The notes beneath the pieces are model-generated. The model had not been told where the DNA came from and ran no database searches. It saw only the letters and a program-made list of their open reading frames with translations. Source: an uncultured bacterium (GTDB taxonomy: Bacteria; Omnitrophota; Omnitrophia; Omnitrophales; Aquincolibacteriaceae). From it: a DNA stretch of 64,000 nt. Position numbers and translations under genes: made by a program. This document shows, in pieces, positions 47,501-56,500 of the stretch (positions are counted from its first letter, which is position 1; every line of letters begins with the position of its first letter). Location: NCBI GenBank assembly GCA_964434115.1, contig CAYSSX010000003.1, positions 12,554-76,553 on the forward strand, read 5' to 3'.

Positions 47501-50500
47501 GGAAAAAGCCTGGGATCTTTCACTGTGGATCGCCGCTTCTGGGACAGCATGATGCGTTCTTACCGCCAGGAATTGAATGAGGAAAATCCCCTTGAGCAGT
47601 CAAAGAACCGGGCGGATACGGACGGTGATTGGTGGATCCCTCTCACGAGCCTGGAGTTTGTTCTGAAGAATGCCTCGACGGATGTTTCGCAGTTTAAGAA
47701 TGCAAAGGCTCTGAAAGAATATCTTGTGAAAGAGGGGCTTGACCAGCCCGAGTTTACGGACCGGGTCATCCGCCTTTATCTGAGCTCACGGAAAAACTCT
47801 TCTCAGCCTTTTATGAAGGTCATCAATGCCGGAGCCAAATCTCTTTGGTGGGATTTTGGAAATGTCGGAGTCGAGGAAGGAACCACAGAAGGAATCTTCA
47901 GGCGAAACATCCTTGTTCTTCTTCAGGATACAGCGGAAGGCCGTTTGGCGCGGCAGTTCTGGGGAGTGCCAGAACTTTTCACGGGAACATTGCCCGGAAC
48001 GCAGGTTCAGGTTCAGAATTCCATCATCACAGCTTCTGAAATTTTGCCCGGATCGACCGGCGCTATTCAAAATTCCGTCATTTCAGGGGTCCGGGGAGCT
48101 TTCAACTTTGAAGTCTCCGACAGTTTCCTTTACGGGATTACGAATGAAAGCGCTTCCCCGCAATCACCACTTAGCGTCAAGTCCGAACATGGGATTGGCT
48201 ATCAGTTAAAGCTTTCCGCGCCGCTTGCTATTTCCTCGGGACACATTCTGGCAGGCGTTCCAGTTCTTGGAGTAGACGTTGTTTTGAGAACAACTGAAGC
48301 GTCAGATGCAAAACAACTGTGGCTCCGGGCTATGTATGAAAATCTATTAGCTTTTGGATCCGCGGCTTATCTTATCCGTCTGGCTGAAGCTAACCGCAGC
48401 GCCCAAATCGCAGGCGTCTCTGTTTCGAACCTTGAATATCGCGGCTTCTTTGAGCATCAGGGGATGCAGCATGCCGTGATCGAAGGGCGTGACGCTTCAG
48501 ATCAACCGGTTATCGCAGTCCTGCACGTATCTTCTGTTGATCAGATAACAGACGCAGAACTTCATGAGGCCATTCTTTCGCCGGGCATCGAAGGCGCAAT
48601 CTTTTCCGGGAAACTCTATGACAGTTCCAGAGAAATTCTTCTCCTTACTTACGCGGCACGATCCGAATTGCGCGGTCTTGAGATGGATTCTTTGGCGCCT
48701 GAAATCCAGACCTTATTAGCGGCTACCGCCGATGAAGCGGCCTTGAAACAGGAGTTTCTGAGGCTTGTGTATGAAAAGCTTTCGCCGGAAAAAAGCGCGC
48801 AGGCTGCCGCTGTTTTTAAGGCCGTCCGCGCAGACAAACTCCCCTATGAGTACCCGCAGTTTTTTGAGGGGGTGATAAGTGCCCGGACCCAGGCATCCGG
48901 CCAAACATCTTTCAGAGCCTATTTGGAAACGAATCTTTCTGCTAACCCTGCCGAAATCAGCGCTTTTGCGGCGGATATTCTCCGGGCCTTTTCAAAAACC
49001 GCAGATTTTGAAAGGGCTACGACGGCTTTTTTCCGGTTTGATCAGACTTCGACCATTAGGTTTGTGGACCAGCTCATTGAAGAGAAAACGCTTACAGGCG
49101 ACAAATCCGTTACGGTAAAAAGCTTGGGAACTTCCAGCGGAGAAGAGCCTTATACGCTGGCCATGATTGTTTATTATGGATTGAAAAAATATTACGAGGC
49201 TCACCAGCGGGAAATATCGTCAAAAGAAGGGATTGGGACCTTCCAGGCTTGGGCAGAGAGCTGGAATGTTTCAATTGAAGCCTATGATTATGACCTGGCG
49301 AATTTAGTCCTCGTTCAAAACGGTTTGTTTGATTTTCTTTACGATGACCCTATGGGCGGATTTGGTTACAACGATGAAGACAATTATCTCAATGAAGCGT
49401 GGCTGTATTCAAAGGACAGAAATACCGGGGCTCTTGGGCCTGCCGAAACATGGCGGTATTCTCCAGAAACGGAAGCTGGAGCCTCTTTCCCGTTTCGCTC
49501 AACGCTTAGCAAACGGTTGAAATCGGGAGAAAAGATCGGCTTTAAATTTTCTGCCGTCGATTTGCTGAAAAAATGGATGAAGCCTGTTTATGTTGATTTG
49601 CGGGGACCCGCTGACGCTGAAGTTCTGAGTCTTACCCAAGCGAATATTATTGTTGTGAGTTTTCTGCGGGGCGCGGCATATCTCGATTCGAAAGATGATT
49701 ATCTTGTTCAGGCTATAGAAAAAAGCCGGGATGCAAAACACAGCAGTCTTGCCCTTGCCGGATCTGCGATCGTGAAGCCCGCTCAGCGTTCGGAGCTCAG
49801 AATAAGCACAGAGACGGAGAGCCTTGACAGTACACTTTTGAACGCCGTTGGAAAATTGGATATCGAAACATCCGAAGGAGTTAAAACGCTAAAACTGCTT
49901 GTCAGCCGGATCTTGAAATCGGCATTCACCCGGACACTGTCGGCTGAGCAGCGGACAAAAATAGCAGATCTGTCAGGTTTAACCGAGGACAGCGAACAGT
50001 TGGAAGTCCTTCAGGACATTCTTGACGATCCCGAAGTTCTGCAGGTTTTCAGAGATGATCTTGCTGCTGATGATTCGGGCGATGTTCGTTTTGACGCGGC
50101 CGCCCAAACCTTGAGCTATACACCCGGATATGCATTGGCCGTACAGGCTGATATTGACGAAGCGCTGCGCACCTTTGAAACGGGCAGTTATGTCGATGTT
50201 CAGGGGGCTATGATAAAACTTCTCCGGCAGGTGAGCCTGGGATTTGCGGAGGAGGTCCGGAAGAGTCTGAAACAGAGTTTGGTTCGTGAGTTTGAACAGT
50301 GGCGGATTTTGATCAAAGTCTTGGAAACCGAGATTGGTGCCAGATCTGAACTTCGTTCATCAGAAAAAACCTATTCGGAAGCTCTCCAATTTACATCCCG
50401 TCCTGTGGTGACGGTTTCCGGTGATTCCGCAAAAGTTGAAATTACTTTCCGGACAGATGCCGCCACGCTTGAAAAATCAGAAATGTTTTTTCATTGGGGA

Positions 50501-53500
50501 GACTATACGCAAGGCCCGCTGGATTGGACGGATCACGAAATTCTAAATTGGGACATCGAAGATCTCGGCGGCGGTATTTATAAAGCATCAAAGGTGATTC
50601 AGCCCGGCCGTATCGGTGAGTTCGGAGTCACAGCCTACGCGCAGAACCGCGTGACGGGAGAGCGGGTTTGGCAGGGAAAAAACCGAGGTGATGATGCTGT
50701 GATGGGGATTGACCTTCTTCCGAAAACCGTCCTTGAAGACCTCCGGCGTAATCTTAAAAAACAGGAAGCCATTCAGGAGATCCGGCAGAGCCTTATTGAC
50801 ACGAATCCGTATGACAGCTTCATCACTGTGATCCACCGTCTCGTGGTTGATGAAGAAATGCGGGGCATGGGAAAAATTGTTTACGACGCAGTCAAAGATG
50901 TCCCGCGCTTCCGAACGGTTCTTTCTCAGATTCACAGCCGTCTGAAAGAGGACAGTAAAGTCTGGAATCCGTTTTTCAAGGAAAGGGCGCTTCCTGCTTT
51001 GCATGCATTAGAAACGCTCGGCATTGGAGAGATTGTTTTTGTAGCTCCTGAAGGTCCTCATGCGATTGCCGGCGGTTTGGCCAAGGTCATTGAGGGCCTT
51101 GCCAAGGCTTTGTCAGAAAGCGGTGTCTCAGTCACGGTCATCACGCCTCTCTATGAAGACAATCAAGGTAAGAAGCATGAATCCGCAGAAGCTTTGATCG
51201 AAAAAGGTTTCATGACAGAAAGCGGGGAAAGAGTTCCCATTAAGGCCGACCCCGTCGCTGAGATCGGAATGACCTTTGGCCCCATTTATGATTCGGGAAC
51301 GCACATGACCGGTTTGAGCGATGACAAAATCCGGACCTTTCAAAGAACAGTTCAAAGCCGGGTCTATGAAGCCAAAGCAGAAGGCGTCCGGTACCTTTTC
51401 CTCAGACACCCGCGCCTTGCTGACAAGCTTTACGCAAAAGTCCCGTCTTCCGAAGAGTTAAGGCGCGCTGTCTTTCTGTCCCGGGCCGCGCTTGAAGTGG
51501 TTCAGAACAGGGCGCTTGGCGTTGACCCGCAGCTCATCATTTCCAATGACTGGGTCACCGGGTTAATCCCGACGTTCCTTCAACGTGATCCGCGTTACTC
51601 CCAAGACCCCCTTCTCAAGGATGTCGGCACGGTTCATATGATTCACAATTACGGGCGCGACTATCAGGGGCGTGTTTTTACGAATCAATATGGGTTGGAT
51701 CTCTGGCCGCTTCTTGGACTCAAGCACGACTTCTACAAAGATGTTGCAGACCCCAATGATGACCGGTTCCTCAACATCACTTCAAGCGCCATGGAGCACG
51801 TCAACCGTTCCATTCTGACGGTGAGCCGTCCGTATGCCGAGCAGATGCTCACCCCTGAAGCAGGGGAAGGTCTCGACACTATTCTCAATCCGCTGAAAGA
51901 AATTCTGTTTGGAATCAGTAATGGAATTGATGAAGCGGCGGCCCGGAAAACATTCTGGAAAAAGGGTGAAGAGGCCCGTCAGGCCCTCGAACTTCCAGGG
52001 CTTATGGAAGACTATTCCGATGAAGGCTTTTTGAAAAATCTTTGGGACTATAAGAATTCGGCGCTTGTTAAAACTCAGAAAGACTTCGGTTTTACCGAAG
52101 ACCCAGATGCGATCTTTTTGTCGATGATCGGACGCGTTGCCGAGCAGAAAGGCATTCAGCTTTTGACGGATACGGAAAATGGAGTGACGGTTCTGGAAAG
52201 CCTTCTCCAGATGAATCCGAAAGTTCAGATTTTTCTGGGCGGGCCTGTTGCAGAAGGGGATGGGACGGCGGAGCGGCTGCGGGATTTGACCCGTGAACTT
52301 GAGCAGAAATATCCGGGCAGAATCCGGGGGGAATACACCTTCATTCCGGGAGCCACAACCCTTCAGGTCATGCTGGCAAGCCGATTCTTTTTAATGCCTT
52401 CCCGCTATGAGCCAGGGGGCATTACGCAGCTGGAGTCGTTGGCGTCGGGAACGCCTGTGGTGGCAAGAAATGTGGGGGGGATTGCCGCAACCTTGATTAA
52501 TTATTTTGATCATCCCGATAATGGCAACGGCTTTTTGTTTACAGATTTTACCGGCGCAGCCCTTCGAGGAACGCTCGCAGCGGCTTTTGATGCAGCGGCT
52601 GGCGACCCCGGCCTTCTTAAGACCTTGTCCAACCGTGCTGCCAATGCTCAAAACGACTGGCATGACCGGATTCCTCAATATCTTTCTCTGCTTCAACTCG
52701 GGGCCGGCGTGATCCGTCCTTCGGAAACGGCATTTCAGACAGATTATGCTTATCTCTCTGACCGGACAGGCATTCTTAACGACCTTCGCCCCCGCAACCG
52801 CGCAGAATTGAGATCGGATAAAGGGAACCCCTATATACTGGAAGAGAATGTCACCCGTGGATTTGCATTTCTTGATGAAATGCATGGGGGCCGCGTGAGC
52901 ACGGCGATTTCAAACGCGGTAAAACGCGCAGCGCCAGGAACTAAACCCAGAGTGCTCCTCTTAGAGGTCGGACGCGGAGTTGTGCCTGCCGAATTGATAA
53001 ACCAGAGAGACGAAAAGGGTGAAAAAAAATGGCCCGATGTTGAGTTCTTTTCGTCCGGTGCGGAAGACCTGCTTTTTTCTGCAGAAGAACTGGAGAAATT
53101 CATGGGCAATATCAGCCCTGAGGAGGCTGCGGTCATCGCGGATACTATCAGAGGCCGTTTCGCCGCTGCGGATCTTGACTATGATCTTGGCGCTTTTGAG
53201 AATTCCACATTTGATGTCATTGTCATGACGCAGGCTGTGATGGAGTACATGAGAAATATCCCCGGAGTGATTGACCGTCTTTCCAGAAAATTAAATATCG
53301 GAGGAGAGTTCATAACCGATCTGGACATCATGAGTATTAAGGATCCCGAGACGCAGGAAAGAGTGGATACGAAAGCTTTCTTTGAGTCGTTGAATCCAGG
53401 TTATGAGATCTATGGAATTACCCTGAAAGGCACACCGCTGCCGTACGACTTTTTTGCAGGACTTCGTTTCACGCGCCTGTCAGAAGACATTCCCAAAATT

Positions 53501-56500
53501 CCGCTGGATGCGACACAGAGTTCAAAAACCTATACAGTGCAGCGCTCTGAGCTGCGCGCGGAACAAGCCAGCGCTCCCCAAAACGTGCGTTTGAACGGCG
53601 TTTCACCTGAAATGCTGAAAGTAGAAGCCGGCGAGCTGGTTTTTTGGCGTCCGTCCCAGCGTCAAATGAACACGTCTCTGAAGAGGCCTTATGATGATGA
53701 AAAGGTCGTGGTCCAGAAAATACACAATGAGCTTGAAACTTTGGATACCCTTTGGATGCAGATTATGGGCGAGCTTCAAGAGCGGAGCTATTCCCCTGAT
53801 GCGCTGGATATTGTGGAGCTAATGGTTCGACGTGCGATGGAGGTGATACGGACCCAGGAGATCAAAGCGGAAGTGGCGCTCCGAACGGTGAAAGAGGAAA
53901 TGCTGGCGGCCGCTAAAGAAGAATCCGGTGATGATCTGGATTTAACGACGGCAGCAGGAATCGTAGATAAGAGGCTTCTCCCCGCTTTGGAAAACCGTGA
54001 AGAGCTTGTGTATGTTGAAAGCGGTCTCGATGAAGAGGCGAGGAAAAAACTCTTCATTGATCGAGAGAGAGACCAAGTACTCGCGAAAGTTTTTGAAATC
54101 ATTCTTCGACTGCCGTATGGGCTGCACATTTCCCCCGAGGATTACGGAGAAGATGAAAAAGACAGGGTCAAAAAGCTGATCCATACGGAACGCCAAATAG
54201 CGGACGGACGGCGCGCCATGCTCACCAATGACCTACTGCCGGAGATCCTGAAAGTTGTTGAACAGGGGAAGAGGGCCCAGTTTGCAATTAATCAGGTCAT
54301 CAAAAAGAAGGTCGAGCCGGGCTTGGAGCGCTTAAAAAAGATGGTGGACGACAGCCGTAAAACAGGCGGAGATACCCTTGTCGGTTCAAGACTCATCAAA
54401 GTTTTTGAAGAACAGAGATCTCTCCTGGAAGGGATTCGCGACGAATTTGACACGTATGATTTTATTTATGATTCGTCAGACCTGCCTGCGGAAAAGGAAA
54501 AGAAGCGGCGCGGCGAGCTTGAACGGTTTGAAGCCGTTTACAGGGACACCCTGGTTTTTTTCCCAAATCCCTCTGAGGATCTAAAAGCGTTTCTGGAAGA
54601 ACTCAGAACCCTGGTTACGTATGAAATCCGGGAGCGCGGCCGCACGCTGGACTATGGTATCGCGAAATTTTTCAGTCAAAAGGGATCGGAGCGGTATAAA
54701 GATATTCCCACTGAGCAGCTTGATTTCCTGATGCGGTTTTACAACGTCAGCCAGTATGGCATCGTGAAGCGGAAAGGCGACAAGAACCTTGTGGTTTTCG
54801 CGGAGAAGATCCGGCATGAAGCCGATTTTGCCGAGCTGATGATGAGGAACAAGGGGCGCGGAAGAGTGGTCTCAATTGCGACGCTCAAACGGTTCGCTCC
54901 GGATGACGCGCCCGGCCGGGTACCGCACTGGTTTATTTTTTCAAAAGACCAGGGCATTGTTCCGATTGAAGCACTCGACTTTGAAGATCGTAAAATGGAT
55001 TTCAAGGACCTCAAAGACGGAGACTTCGTTCTGGTGGACGGCAAAAAAGGAATCGCTGTCGTGAACCCGAACTCGGAAACTCAGCGCGATATGATCGAAC
55101 GCGGCAAGGTTTACAAATACCTGGATGAGTATTTCCTTCCGCGCGTGTCTCTGCCGGCTCTTGTCAATGGACGACCGTTCTACTTTTGGGCGGATGAATC
55201 ACGTTTGGATTACCTGAAGCGCGACGGCGATCAGCCGAGATTCCAGAAATTCGGAGCCCGGGGGATCGGACTGCTCCGGCTTGAGCAGTTGATGGGAGAA
55301 ATGGACCGTGCGGGCATTGAGTTCGACGAAATGCGCCTCAGCCTTGCAATCGAAGAAATGCTTCTGCCGTTTTCCGATCCTGAAGCGCCGTTGACGATCC
55401 GACTTTATGATGTTCAAGGAGATAAACGCCCGAAGTTTTTTGTGGAAGGAAAAAGCGAGGAACAAATCGAGGGTATTCTCAAGACGCATTCCAACATTCG
55501 CTTTTACCTGGACGAACGGGAGGAATTCCGCAATCAGCGTGAATTCGGAAAAATGCAGATCAAGGCGATTTACCGGGCTTATCTCCGCGCGCAGAAGAAC
55601 AACTTACAGATTCTGCTCCCAAATCTGCTGAAAGTGGAAGAGGTAGAAGCGTTGAAGAAGCTTTTTGATGAAGCGCGCCAGGAGCTTATCCGTGAACTTG
55701 AAGAAGAAGCTCTGATTCAGGTAGAAGCGGCCGTGGTGCGCCGGCACGGGTGGATCACAGATATTAATGCTTTGGAAACCGAAGCCCTTGAGAAGGGGCT
55801 CGACTGGTTCAGGAATCAGCTTCTAAGTAAGCCCGAAATGAAGCCGCACGAGGAGCAGTTCGGGCAAGAGTCCGACGCTGATTTTGCCAAGGTGGCTGGC
55901 CCTGATTTTGGAAAGAAAGTCACTCTGAGTTTGAGCAAAATCCGGTTTGGATACATGTTCGAAGAGGTTTCGGCTGTTGAGCAGCGCAGCGACATTATGA
56001 AGGCTGTCCTTGCGCAGCATCAGGTTGCGGAGGCCAAGCCTTTTTTTGGAATCGGTACGAATGACCTTCAGAAGTCAGTACTTGAGTCCCGCGAAGAAAC
56101 CAATGATGAGATGAACAAGCTGCACCCCGGACTTGTGAAGGCTATAGCGGATCTTGAGGGGACTGCGCGTGAGCTAGGACTTCATCTGACCGTTGAAGGC
56201 CAGTGGGGCGGATCCGCCCGCATGCTGTTTGCCGCCATGGCGCTTGAAATCTATCACGGGCGTAAGATGCAGCTCGTTGCGCCCACCAATAAAATCCCTG
56301 AACTTCTTGAAATGATCCGGATGACTGAAGCCGCGGATCTGGAACACGTTTTTGACTTGGGATCCAGCTATAAGCCGGCATCCATGAAAACATTGATTGA
56401 CCGGATGGAAGCCGGGGATCTTCCTGAGCTGGATGAGATGAACCTTGTCGCGACCATGCTGCAAGACCGTATTGAGGCGAAGATTGTGGCCAGTTCTGAT

